Shown here: piece by piece, positions 10,006 through 17,228 of the stretch | Layout of the letters: each line of letters opens with the position of its first letter | Position numbering within the stretch: position 1 is the first letter of the stretch | IMG/VR virus record: IMGVR_UViG_3300038549_000019 | Span: 1-55,216 of that record | Direction: 5' to 3' (one strand) | Source of the DNA: a virus | Taxonomy: Duplodnaviria; Caudoviricetes | DNA length: 55,216 bases | Position numbers and translations under genes: made by a program | Notes under the pieces: model-generated | What the model saw: the letters and a program-made list of their open reading frames with translations, nothing else | Database searches by the model: none | Told to the model about the DNA's origin: nothing

Positions 10006-10331
10006 AGCTCTTGGTCCTCTTTTGTGGCTTTAATCACAACTGGCCCGCCGCCGTCTCCAACGTGCTCGGTGCGCTGAAGCTTGGGGATGTGGTATTCAAT
10101 GACGTCCATCATGCACCGCCACGCCCTTTCGGCTCCCTGCTCCTCTGCGATTTGGTCCAGCCAATCCTGCAATCGCGGGATGTTCCCTTCAACAAGGGCA
10201 GCTATTGCTTCTCTGGCGTTTTGCGTTACCTTATTAGGTATCCCAGCTCGTGACCCTCCACCGCGTCTTTCTCCTGGCTTAGATCCACGGGACGGCACTT
10301 TTTTACGCTCTCCCTGCCGTTTATCGTCCAT
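10002..10331 (-). CDS. terS: Terminase small subunit
   Basis: 109 aa directly upstream of terL; G.PNK and PKLQRTEHVGDGGGP motifs. Confidence 0.75.
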   Translation of the reverse strand: MDDKRQGERKKVPSRGSKPGERRGGGSRAGIPNKVTQNAREAIAALVEGNIPRLQDWLDQIAEEQGAERAWRCMMDVIEYHIPKLQRTEHVGDGGGPVVIKATKEDQEL

Positions 10332-10373
10332 TTTGGCCCCTCCTTCACCACTAACTCACGTTTTTCTTCATTC

Positions 10374-10517
10374 CTAGCACAACTGGCCACGCGGAGGCCA
10401 GAGATCACGGCTAGGCTCTTTGTCCCTACCGGGCAGTTTCGGTGCCTCGGCAGTCGGTGTTTCCTTCACCTCTTCCGGGATGGGTTGCTGGTCCTTCTTT
10501 TCTTCCTCAGGGTTCAT
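10374..10517 (-). CDS. Small acidic hypothetical protein (47 aa, not in ORF track)
   Basis: Hand translation MNPEEEKKDQQ...; RBS GAGGAG; frame kept in copy 2. Confidence 0.4.
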   Translation of the reverse strand: MNPEEEKKDQQPIPEEVKETPTAEAPKLPGRDKEPSRDLWPPRGQLC

Positions 10518-10519
10518 GT

Positions 10520-10741
10520 CTACTCCTCATGTTTAAACACCTTCGCTTCCAGGTGCTTCACCCTAGTATCGATCGTTTCGACTTTCTGTTCAAGGACGGC
10601 GGAGCGGGTTTGCCCGGCATAGACCGCCGTGCGCATCTCTCTAACCTCATAAGCCGCCCACCCCAGCACGGCCCCCAACAACCCCTTGGCAATCCATTCC
10701 CAAGTCACCGATCCGCCGCGTTGTCTTTGCCCACCAACCAT
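10520..10741 (-). CDS. Small membrane / coiled-coil protein, possibly lysis-related
   Basis: Hydrophobic segment WIAKGLLGAVLGWAAY; TAATG coupling to upstream gene. Confidence 0.5.
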   Translation of the reverse strand: MVGGQRQRGGSVTWEWIAKGLLGAVLGWAAYEVREMRTAVYAGQTRSAVLEQKVETIDTRVKHLEAKVFKHEE

Positions 10742-11301
10742 TAACGCCTCCCTGCGCAAAAACCGAGGGCCAGCCCCCCGGCAACCCCTTGCAATCGCCC
10801 CCTCCAAAGGGCACCGCGATTTGCTGCCTTTTGCGCCTCCAGCGCTAATTCTAGGCTGACAACCTGTCTCCTACGGGCGTCAGCCTCATCCCTGTATGCA
10901 TCTCCCCTGATAGTCAGGGCCTCGATTACCTTGTCGCGGTCCTGAATGGCCACGTCTTGTGCTGCAATTAGCGCATCCTTAGCAACGTCCAGACTGGCCA
11001 GATCTCCAGCGGGTAGAGGCTCGGGACTCGGTAGGGTGACACCAGGTGTAGCGGGGCGTAGTTTGGCCACCACGGCGCGTAGCCGTGCAACCTCCAGGTC
11101 AGCCCTCCCCACAGCGGCCTTTGCCTCCTGTGCAGCCGTCTCCTGTGCCAGTGCCCTGGACCGCTCCGCATCAGCCCTCCTAGCCTCGTTTTTTGCGGTT
11201 TGTTCGTGTTGGGTTGCGACTGCCTGTATTTTTTTGCCGTGATACGCAAATGCCCCTGCCACAATGGCAAGGGCAATTACCGCCACGATGGGCCATCTCA
11301 T
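10741..11301 (-). CDS. Rz-like inner-membrane spanin
   Basis: N-terminal TM helix plus long Ala-rich coiled coil, downstream of endolysin and holin. Confidence 0.6.
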   Translation of the reverse strand: MRWPIVAVIALAIVAGAFAYHGKKIQAVATQHEQTAKNEARRADAERSRALAQETAAQEAKAAVGRADLEVARLRAVVAKLRPATPGVTLPSPEPLPAGDLASLDVAKDALIAAQDVAIQDRDKVIEALTIRGDAYRDEADARRRQVVSLELALEAQKAANRGALWRGRLQGVAGGLALGFCAGRR

Positions 11302-12353
11302 GCTGTCACCTCGAATAGTGCAGGCTGGTAGCCGCTCGTATGGTTCTGACAATGTGGGCTAAACCAAATGCGCTCTCTCCCCGCATTTGTTCGCCCAGCG
11401 CCGGTCCCCTGTGTGCCATACCCGCCTTGCGCTTTCCACGCAACCTTTACCCACCCGTGATCCTCTAATGTGTGGTGCCCTTCGCCTTCGTAGCCACACA
11501 ACGCTATTCGCAGGTTGGTTTTTCCCCCATTTGCCACACACCACTCTGTGACGTCGCTTGCTACAGTAGTTGACTCCTGCCTATAAACCATTTCCCTGTC
11601 ATCGACGCCGTAAGGTGGATCAAGAAAAACAGCTGTCAACCCCATTGATTCTGTTTGGCTACGGCCTAGGACCCTGGACCAGTCCCCACAGCATACCCGG
11701 ACATCCCGCAGCCGTTCTGCCAATTCTTTAAATACATCCAGAATGTCCCCATCCCTATCTGCGTCTTGCTTCTTGTTTATGCCAAGCCCAGGACCGCCCA
11801 AATATGGTATTTTCCGGTTAATACCCATCCCAGAATTGCCGATGTGCGGCATTTGCCGGTTAATACCAGCCTCTACACTCCCTATTTGTTTGGTTAACGC
11901 TAATACACCCTCATCATCTGGGACGGCAACCCACGGCCCCTTGCCACTGGCAAAGCCGGATCCAATCCAGCAGCACATGCCATAGACCCAATACCCTGCC
12001 ATCCGAGCATCGTAGTAGTCAGGGTCAGCCATCATCCGGGATTGATGCCTTTGTAGTCTGGTAACAATCCAAATATGCCTAGCGTGTAAATCAGCCTCGT
12101 TTACAGGGCACGATGCCCATCTAGCTACCTCGTCCGGGGCGTCCCGCGTCGATCGCCAGAAATTGGACACCAGTGCATCCAGATCGTTAATCGTTTCTGT
12201 TTGCGGCGGATGGGGGCGGGCCAATAGTACAGCCCCGGACCCAAAAAAGGGCTCCACATAGTTTTGACAATCGCCTAGCCGATCCCAAACCAGACTAGCG
12301 ACCGGCGATTTCCCGCCGAACCATGGGAATGGTGCCTTGAGACCATCAGTCAT
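11298..12353 (-). CDS. DNA adenine methyltransferase (Dam/D12-like)
   Basis: PFPWFGGKS, YVEPFFGSGAV, INDLD and catalytic DPPY; true start probably MTDGLK. Confidence 0.88.
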   Translation of the reverse strand: MTDGLKAPFPWFGGKSPVASLVWDRLGDCQNYVEPFFGSGAVLLARPHPPQTETINDLDALVSNFWRSTRDAPDEVARWASCPVNEADLHARHIWIVTRLQRHQSRMMADPDYYDARMAGYWVYGMCCWIGSGFASGKGPWVAVPDDEGVLALTKQIGSVEAGINRQMPHIGNSGMGINRKIPYLGGPGLGINKKQDADRDGDILDVFKELAERLRDVRVCCGDWSRVLGRSQTESMGLTAVFLDPPYGVDDREMVYRQESTTVASDVTEWCVANGGKTNLRIALCGYEGEGHHTLEDHGWVKVAWKAQGGYGTQGTGAGRTNAGRERIWFSPHCQNHTSGYQPALFEVTA

Positions 12354-12603
12354 TCTTTGCCCCGCTGTCTGGCTTGCGGTAGGCAACCCCGGCCAACCCG
12401 GCAACAATACCACCAAGACCCAGCAGGGCGGATACTGCCCCAGTGCCAAGATCGCCATGCCGGTAGGCCCACCATGCGCAGGCGATTGCAAGCCCACCGA
12501 ACCCAAGACACAATGCAACCGATGCTAAGGCGACTACGTGGCGCTTGGTTGAGAGCGTCCCCCCGGGCCCGCTCAACACCTCCTTGATCCACTCCTTAAT
12601 CAC
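12346..12603 (-). CDS. Putative holin
   Basis: Two TM segments, adjacent to endolysin. Confidence 0.6.
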   Translation of the reverse strand: MIKEWIKEVLSGPGGTLSTKRHVVALASVALCLGFGGLAIACAWWAYRHGDLGTGAVSALLGLGGIVAGLAGVAYRKPDSGAKND

Positions 12604-12669
12604 TGATGCACCGGCCAATATGGCCAATCGTACGGGTTATCATCGTATGGATCGCCGGGGTCATCTTTC

Positions 12670-13125
12670 CTACCCATGGTGGACCTCTTCGTAATGTGGT
12701 GTCCCTGTTTTGTCGTAGACCGCGATATAGGCCTTATGCCTAGGCTCCTTGCCGATCCGTGGTGCCTGAACGTGGATCCAGATTGTATCGCCTTTGATCT
12801 CAAGAATGAGCTTATCAAAGACGGGCCCACGATTGATAATTTCATTGAATGCACCCAGGCAGTCCATACCCTTGGGCACAAAATCACAGGCGCGGCCCTC
12901 AAGATGGGCGCTTTGTGGGTGCCCCCCCACCTTGCGGTTGACAGCCTTAGACCTGTAGGCAGAGTTGACCACTAGGGGGACACCCAGCAGCCCCCGGATT
13001 GGCTCAAGAATCGAGTCAGCAAGGATGACCAGATTAGTCCCGGCCTCCATATCTGGGTCATTGCCCAATCCAGTGCTGGTCTTGGTCAACTCGTCCAGTG
13101 TGAAATGGGGTGATAGGTGCTGCAT
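12670..13125 (-). CDS. Endolysin, peptidase M15 family
   Basis: LSPHFTLDEL, SAYRS..VN..VGG, SAHLEGRACD, WIHV zinc-peptidase motifs. Confidence 0.88.
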   Translation of the reverse strand: MQHLSPHFTLDELTKTSTGLGNDPDMEAGTNLVILADSILEPIRGLLGVPLVVNSAYRSKAVNRKVGGHPQSAHLEGRACDFVPKGMDCLGAFNEIINRGPVFDKLILEIKGDTIWIHVQAPRIGKEPRHKAYIAVYDKTGTPHYEEVHHG

Positions 13126-13156
13126 TGTGTCCTCACTCTCCAGGATATACTTAGAT

Positions 13157-13561
13157 TTAACATTCGCAAGTGTGGTCTATCCACACGATGCCGAGATTTT
13201 GTGCAGCCCACACTTCAACTTGTGTTACATACTGCTGAAACTCTGATACAGTCAGTGATGACGTGCTTTGTGCGGTTGTTCCGCCGCACGGGAGGTCTAC
13301 AACGCCCAAAAATCGGCGCTTCAGGAACTCGTGCCAGATTTCGGCTGTGTATTGCCGTCCCTCGATCCAGGCATCCTCCTCTAGCTGATGCAGTAATCTC
13401 CAATAATATTTGTTTTGCGCCCTTGACCGTGTGGATTTCTCCGGCTTGATCTCGATTGCAAGTGGATTGCCTTCTAGCGCATATTTTTCCCATGCATCCT
13501 TGCAGTAGGATACCAACGCTTCCAGGTTCCGCTCGGATCGTAGGTAGTATGTCCTCATCAT
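13157..13561 (-). CDS. ninB: NinB/Orf family recombination mediator
   Basis: RSRAQNKYYW and STSSLTVSEFQQYVTQVEVWAA motifs. Confidence 0.8.
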   Translation of the reverse strand: MMRTYYLRSERNLEALVSYCKDAWEKYALEGNPLAIEIKPEKSTRSRAQNKYYWRLLHQLEEDAWIEGRQYTAEIWHEFLKRRFLGVVDLPCGGTTAQSTSSLTVSEFQQYVTQVEVWAAQNLGIVWIDHTCEC

Positions 13562-13761
13562 GGCTCTAGCCCGTTGTCCCGGAATAGCGCGATTAGGGCC
13601 CTAGCCTCGTCCCAGGTAACGTATCCTGTCCCCCGGCAAACCCGCTTGGCACTGCGCTCCGGGATGCCGAGTCGGGCCATCTCTCGATACAGATTGCCAG
13701 CCCCGCGCAAAACACACGCCAAAGCCAGCCACGGCTCAGGCAGATTAGTTGGTCTCCCCAT
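13558..13761 (-). CDS. Small HTH-like protein
   Basis: RBS GGAGG; similar to the 15801-16010 product. Confidence 0.55.
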   Translation of the reverse strand: MGRPTNLPEPWLALACVLRGAGNLYREMARLGIPERSAKRVCRGTGYVTWDEARALIALFRDNGLEP

Positions 13762-13787
13762 GTCCCCTCCTGTCATCATTATAGGCC

Positions 13788-13823
13788 ACTGTCTACCCAA
13801 TGCAACCCCATCCGTAGTTTTTT
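13788..13823 (-). promoter_or_regulatory. Sigma70-like promoter
   Basis: A-tract, TTGCAT-N16-TATAAT upstream of 13761 start. Confidence 0.6.
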
Positions 13824-13901
13824 GGGTGGGTCTATTGCTGATTGCGAACCGCTAGTATTGTTTTCATTGGCGTTGTGGCTGGTCTTAGTACGTGTTCCCC
13901 A

Positions 13902-13953
13902 GAATTGGGCGTACCGTCATCCCATGGACGGTACGTCCAATTCAAAGTTAGGC
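13902..13953 (+). other. Left boundary site of cassette array: hairpin plus GTTAGGC, no R'' box
   Basis: gaattgggcgtaccgtc/gacggtacgtccaattc stem followed by GTTAGGC at 13947-13953. Confidence 0.6.
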
Positions 13954-13955
13954 GC

Positions 13956-14129
13956 TCAACGCAGCACGCACCAAAGCGCCCACCCAAGGCCGAAGCCAAT
14001 TCCCACTCGAAGCAGTTCCTTCCTTGCGAGGTTCTTTCCATCCTGAAACCCCCGCACGTAGGCCTGTTCCTCTGGTGTTTTGGCCAGATGGGCCTGTAAG
14101 CCGTCAAGCAGTCGTTCAAAATCAGGCAT
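13956..14129 (-). CDS. Cassette A gene 2, 57 aa with C-terminal hydrophobic segment (not in ORF track)
   Basis: Hand translation MPDFERLLDG...WALWCVLR; stop 2 bp from GTTAGGC. Confidence 0.6.
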   Translation of the reverse strand: MPDFERLLDGLQAHLAKTPEEQAYVRGFQDGKNLARKELLRVGIGFGLGWALWCVLR

Positions 14130-14289
14130 TCGCCACCTTCTTTCTCGTCACCTCAAAGATTTCGGTTACCCCGTCCTGGGCGTAGACCGCTGCGTAATGC
14201 CGCGCCTCGCGCAGGGCGTCTTCCCTGGGGCCAACGGCGCTGGCAACTGGTTCCCCGTCACACCTCACTTCAAATTCAACTTCTTCCAT
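14122..14289 (-). CDS. Cassette A gene 1, hypothetical
   Basis: MEEVEFEVRC; RBS AGGAG. Confidence 0.6.
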   Translation of the reverse strand: MEEVEFEVRCDGEPVASAVGPREDALREARHYAAVYAQDGVTEIFEVTRKKVANA

Positions 14290-14319
14290 GGTTTCTCCTG
14301 TGGTTCCAACCAACAACGC

Positions 14320-14403
14320 GCCTAACCCTCACATCAACAACGCTCACTTCGTTCGCTCGGACCCAGCCCTTGCGGGCTGGTCCGGTTATGTCGGGCGTTA
14401 GGC
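14320..14403 (+). repeat. attC site 1 (84 bp, branched)
   Basis: GCCTAAC-N5-CATCAAC...GTTATG-N6-GTTAGGC. Confidence 0.88.
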
Positions 14404-14691
14404 AGCTAGACGTGCCTGCACGCAGAACCTGAAAGATGTCGCTCGCCACAGCCGTCGATACCACCCTGGCCACTGCGCTACAGCAGTCCCTAGGGCTGGC
14501 AGAAAGCTCCCGTAAAAACCCATGCGGGCTGGTCCACTGTATTCGGATGGTGCCCAAATACCCCAAGAAGGGCCTTGCCAATTCCCGCCAAGGTGGCCTA
14601 GATGGATGGCCGTGTAGCCCACTTGGATGCGGAGCAGAGTCCCTTTGTTTTGGCCCGAATGGGTGTTCCTGTAGATGGTGCAGATTTTCAC
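14398..14691 (-). CDS. Cassette B hypothetical protein
   Basis: GTG start with AGGAG RBS; TAA lies inside R' of attC1. Confidence 0.5.
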   Translation of the reverse strand: MKICTIYRNTHSGQNKGTLLRIQVGYTAIHLGHLGGNWQGPSWGIWAPSEYSGPARMGFYGSFLPALGTAVAQWPGWYRRLWRATSFRFCVQARLAA

Positions 14692-14720
14692 GCTTTTTCT
14701 CCTTTCGTTTCGTTTACGCG

Positions 14721-14800
14721 GCCTAACCGGTCATTCAACACCGGCCTTCGGCCTCGGACCCACGGCTCTGCCGTGGGCCGGTTAATTCGGTTCGTTAGAC
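14721..14800 (+). repeat. attC site 2 (80 bp, branched)
   Basis: GCCTAAC-N5-ATTCAAC...GTTAAT-N7-GTTAGAC. Confidence 0.88.
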
Positions 14801-15403
14801 CGCCTCGGCCCATGCTTGGGCAGAACGGGCGATCCCCAGCAGCAGATCCCGAAACTCGGGCGGCGTCCGCTGCCTGTGTTTACTGCACATGTTCGCAATC
14901 ACCCCGCAACGTCGGGCGCTTTCGTACCCGCGTTCCGCTAGGCGTTTCTCTGGCAACCGCTGTTCTGCTGGTCCCCAGATCAGTTCCGGGGGCTTCGGAC
15001 CCACCGCCAACAGCCAGGTCTTTTTCCGGGCCTTGTGCCCGTAGTGCCCCTGCTCGACTTCGCAGGTCCATTCGGCGTAGCCGATCCGCAGCCATCCGGC
15101 CTTGGGCGGCTTGGGAATCCCGAAGGCATCCCAGGCTTTCGAGTGCGCGGGGTGCTCCAGCACTCCCCCGAACTGGCGCAGGCTGGCCAGCGCGGCGGCA
15201 AAGCATCCGTCATCATCGCCCGTCTGGTGGACCTTCTTCGTCATGCTGCCTTCCGAGAAACGCCCCCACCTCTGGCAGGGCGGGTGCGCCACAACGGGGT
15301 GCGGACCCTCGTAGCGCCTGGCGTCCCGCCCGATGTCCCACGGGTCCACCTCGGGCAACCCGTAGTAGCAGCCATTTTTCTCGACATACAGCGCCGCGAT
15401 CAC
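14795..15403 (-). CDS. Cassette C: short C5-cytosine methyltransferase-like protein
   Basis: VVAHPPCQ (motif IV-like), VLEHP (VI-like), RKKTWL (VIII-like), RTPPEF. Confidence 0.6.
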   Translation of the reverse strand: MIAALYVEKNGCYYGLPEVDPWDIGRDARRYEGPHPVVAHPPCQRWGRFSEGSMTKKVHQTGDDDGCFAAALASLRQFGGVLEHPAHSKAWDAFGIPKPPKAGWLRIGYAEWTCEVEQGHYGHKARKKTWLLAVGPKPPELIWGPAEQRLPEKRLAERGYESARRCGVIANMCSKHRQRTPPEFRDLLLGIARSAQAWAEAV

Positions 15404-15425
15404 TTTTCCTCCTCTCCGGTCGTCG

Positions 15426-15507
15426 GTCTAACCATTCCATCAACAACGCCCCTTCGGGGCTCGGACCCAGCCCTTGCGGGCTGGTCCGGTTATGTCGGTC
15501 GTTAGGC
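15426..15507 (+). repeat. attC site 3 (82 bp, branched)
   Basis: GTCTAAC-N5-CATCAAC...GTTATG-N6-GTTAGGC; inner stem same as attC1. Confidence 0.88.
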
Positions 15508-15699
15508 GACACCATTCTGTTTCAGCCATCGATACAGTTCGCCCTTGATGTGGTCCGTCAGCTTCGTCCCAAAAGGACAGGTCTTTGCCCACTCATTCAC
15601 CAAGCCTCCGCTGTGGCAAATGAACTCTTCCAGCTTGTTGATTCTGGCTTGTAGATGCGCCTCTCTTACTGTGCATACCTCGTGATTGCGGTCCTTCAT
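15502..15699 (-). CDS. Cassette D hypothetical protein
   Basis: MKDRNHE with GGAGGA RBS; TAA inside R' of attC3. Confidence 0.55.
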   Translation of the reverse strand: MKDRNHEVCTVREAHLQARINKLEEFICHSGGLVNEWAKTCPFGTKLTDHIKGELYRWLKQNGVA

Positions 15700-15747
15700 G
15701 ATTCGATTCCTCCACACTTTTTATTCTGTGTATGATTCGCGCCAGTC

Positions 15748-15806
15748 GCCTAACCGGGCGCTCAACCGGACCCCTGGCGGGGCCGGTTAGCTCGGAAGCG
15801 TTAGGT
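15748..15806 (+). repeat. attC site 4 (59 bp)
   Basis: GCCTAAC-N5-GCTCAACC-GGAC...GGTTAGC-N8-GTTAGGT. Confidence 0.92.
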
Positions 15807-16010
15807 GGCTTCGGGCGGCTCCACGCCAGCCTCCCGGAATACCTGCTCAATCAGGCGCCTGGCCGGGCCTCTGGGCTGGCGCGTCCCGTGAGCCCACTGG
15901 TGGACGGTGCGGGGGGTAGTCCCCAGAGCCTCAGCTACCTGGGCCACACCCCCCAGGATCTCCGCCAGGCGGTCCCAGGGGGCGGGGAGTGTTGTGGGGC
16001 GCGGCATCAA
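15801..16010 (-). CDS. Cassette E gene 2: Cro/XRE-like HTH protein
   Basis: VAQVAEALGTTPRTVHQWAHGTRQP helix-turn-helix. Confidence 0.75.
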   Translation of the reverse strand: MMPRPTTLPAPWDRLAEILGGVAQVAEALGTTPRTVHQWAHGTRQPRGPARRLIEQVFREAGVEPPEAT

Positions 16011-16279
16011 ATCCCCAGCAAAATGCGAGCGGCTCCGAGAGCCTTTTCCTCAGAATCGCCGGGGACAAAACCATCCTCGGCGGAGGGGCAGCACTCGCGC
16101 AGGGCGATCACGAAGTTTTCCGCTGCTTCTGTGTAGGCCCCGAAATCGTCAAGGCTGGAGATAGCTTCGAGGGCCTTCTTGATCTTCCACTCGAAAACTC
16201 GGGTGTCGTCGAATTTCCCAGACAAAACGACGATTCGTGCTCGGATCGCGTTCAGGATTTCAATCTTGACATGGCTCAT
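16007..16279 (-). CDS. Cassette E gene 1, hypothetical
   Basis: MSHVKIEIL with AAGGAG RBS; stop overlaps HTH start. Confidence 0.6.
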   Translation of the reverse strand: MSHVKIEILNAIRARIVVLSGKFDDTRVFEWKIKKALEAISSLDDFGAYTEAAENFVIALRECCPSAEDGFVPGDSEEKALGAARILLGI

Positions 16280-16313
16280 CTCGGCTCCTTGTGTCCTGGG
16301 CTCCTTGCCCGAC
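16274..16313 (-). repeat. 40-bp leader/RBS element, identical inverted copy at 23506-23545
   Basis: gtcgggcaaggagcccaggacacaaggagccgagatgagc. Confidence 0.9.
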
Positions 16314-16377
16314 AACACAATATCGGCTCAATGTTCCGAATGCGCAAGGGGGGGCAAAAGATTTTTTTAGGCCCGCC

Positions 16378-16436
16378 ACCTAACCACTCGCTTAACCGGA
16401 CCCCTGTCGGGGCCGGTTAGCTCGGAACCGTTAGGC
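16378..16436 (+). repeat. attC site 5 (59 bp)
   Basis: ACCTAAC-N5-GCTTAACC-GGAC...GGTTAGC-N8-GTTAGGC. Confidence 0.92.
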
Positions 16437-16682
16437 CTCTGGCTCTTGGTCCCATCCCGAGTCCTCGCGCATCCTCTTCCCGCACCATCGGCAACAGGTC
16501 CAGTGGTGCCCCAGCCCATTCCCCTCCCACAGGCCGTTATCCTCGTGGGGACACTGCTCGATCAGTGCCTTTTCGGCAGGGCGGTAGATCGTGTCGTCGT
16601 ACTCCCGCATTCTGCGGCTCGCCTCGCGGGTGCGCTCCCACAGCAAATTCTTCAGCGCGGCTTTTATCTCGGGTCCGTTCAT
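16431..16682 (-). CDS. Cassette F hypothetical protein with Cys/His motif
   Basis: MNGPEIK, AGGAGG RBS; CPH...CRWCG; TAA inside R' of attC5. Confidence 0.6.
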   Translation of the reverse strand: MNGPEIKAALKNLLWERTREASRRMREYDDTIYRPAEKALIEQCPHEDNGLWEGNGLGHHWTCCRWCGKRMREDSGWDQEPEA

Positions 16683-16714
16683 CTTTCCTCCTATGCCCGC
16701 CCCGTCTCTCATCG

Positions 16715-16773
16715 GCCTAACCCGTCGCTCAACCGGACCCCTGGCGGGGCCGGTTAGCTCGGGAGCGTTAGGC
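16715..16773 (+). repeat. attC site 6 (59 bp)
   Basis: GCCTAAC-N5-GCTCAACC-GGAC...GGTTAGC-N8-GTTAGGC. Confidence 0.92.
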
Positions 16774-16774
16774 G

Positions 16775-17113
16775 CTACTTGAACAGTGCTTCAAAGATTT
16801 TGCCGCGAGAGTAGCTGGATTCCAGGCGCTTCTTCACTTCGTCCGTCATGCCCCTAGCGAGTTCTTCTGTGATCTGGTTTGCGGTGATGATGGCAAGTGA
16901 AACAAGCCCTTCTTTGGATTCGACAAGTTGAGCTTTAATCACCGGCACAATTTCAGTAGCCATGAACGCGGTAACTTCATCCTGGATTAGCTTTGAAACA
17001 ATAGGGCTCATCTCCCAGTGGGCTTGTCGCGTAGCTTCGGCGGTCAATCCAGCAATAATGGAAGGTTTAGCCTCGTCCAAAATTGAAGCAATTTGTTCTT
17101 GCGAAAGCTGCAT
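16775..17113 (-). CDS. Cassette G hypothetical helical protein
   Basis: MQLSQEQ with GGGAG RBS; TAG 1 bp from attC6. Confidence 0.65.
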   Translation of the reverse strand: MQLSQEQIASILDEAKPSIIAGLTAEATRQAHWEMSPIVSKLIQDEVTAFMATEIVPVIKAQLVESKEGLVSLAIITANQITEELARGMTDEVKKRLESSYSRGKIFEALFK

Positions 17114-17127
17114 TGCGTTTCTCCCGC

Positions 17128-17227
17128 GCCTAACTCGGCGCTCAACCGGACCCAACCGCCACGGGCATCCGGCTTTATTCGTGTTTGGACCAATGGCGGT
17201 TGGTCCGGTTAGCTTGGGCCGTTAGGC
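17128..17227 (+). repeat. attC site 7 (100 bp)
   Basis: GCCTAAC-N5-GCTCAACC-GGACCCAACCGCCA...TGGCGGTTGGTCC-GGTTAGC-N7-GTTAGGC. Confidence 0.9.
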
Positions 17228-17228
17228 C

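Noticed and set aside
1-12002. Diversity-generating retroelement (template/variable repeat) as cause of the diverged copies
   Set aside because: Differences span 12 kb, are mostly synonymous and not adenine-specific; no RT
12354-12518. N-terminal extension of the methylase in the ORF track
   Set aside because: Overlaps the holin; conserved motifs and RBS point to a start at 12353
14602-15654. 350-aa plus-strand ORF across the cassettes (would be canonical cassette orientation)
   Set aside because: Arg/Pro/Ser-rich shadow ORF crossing two attC sites; the minus-strand ORFs have RBSs and protein motifs
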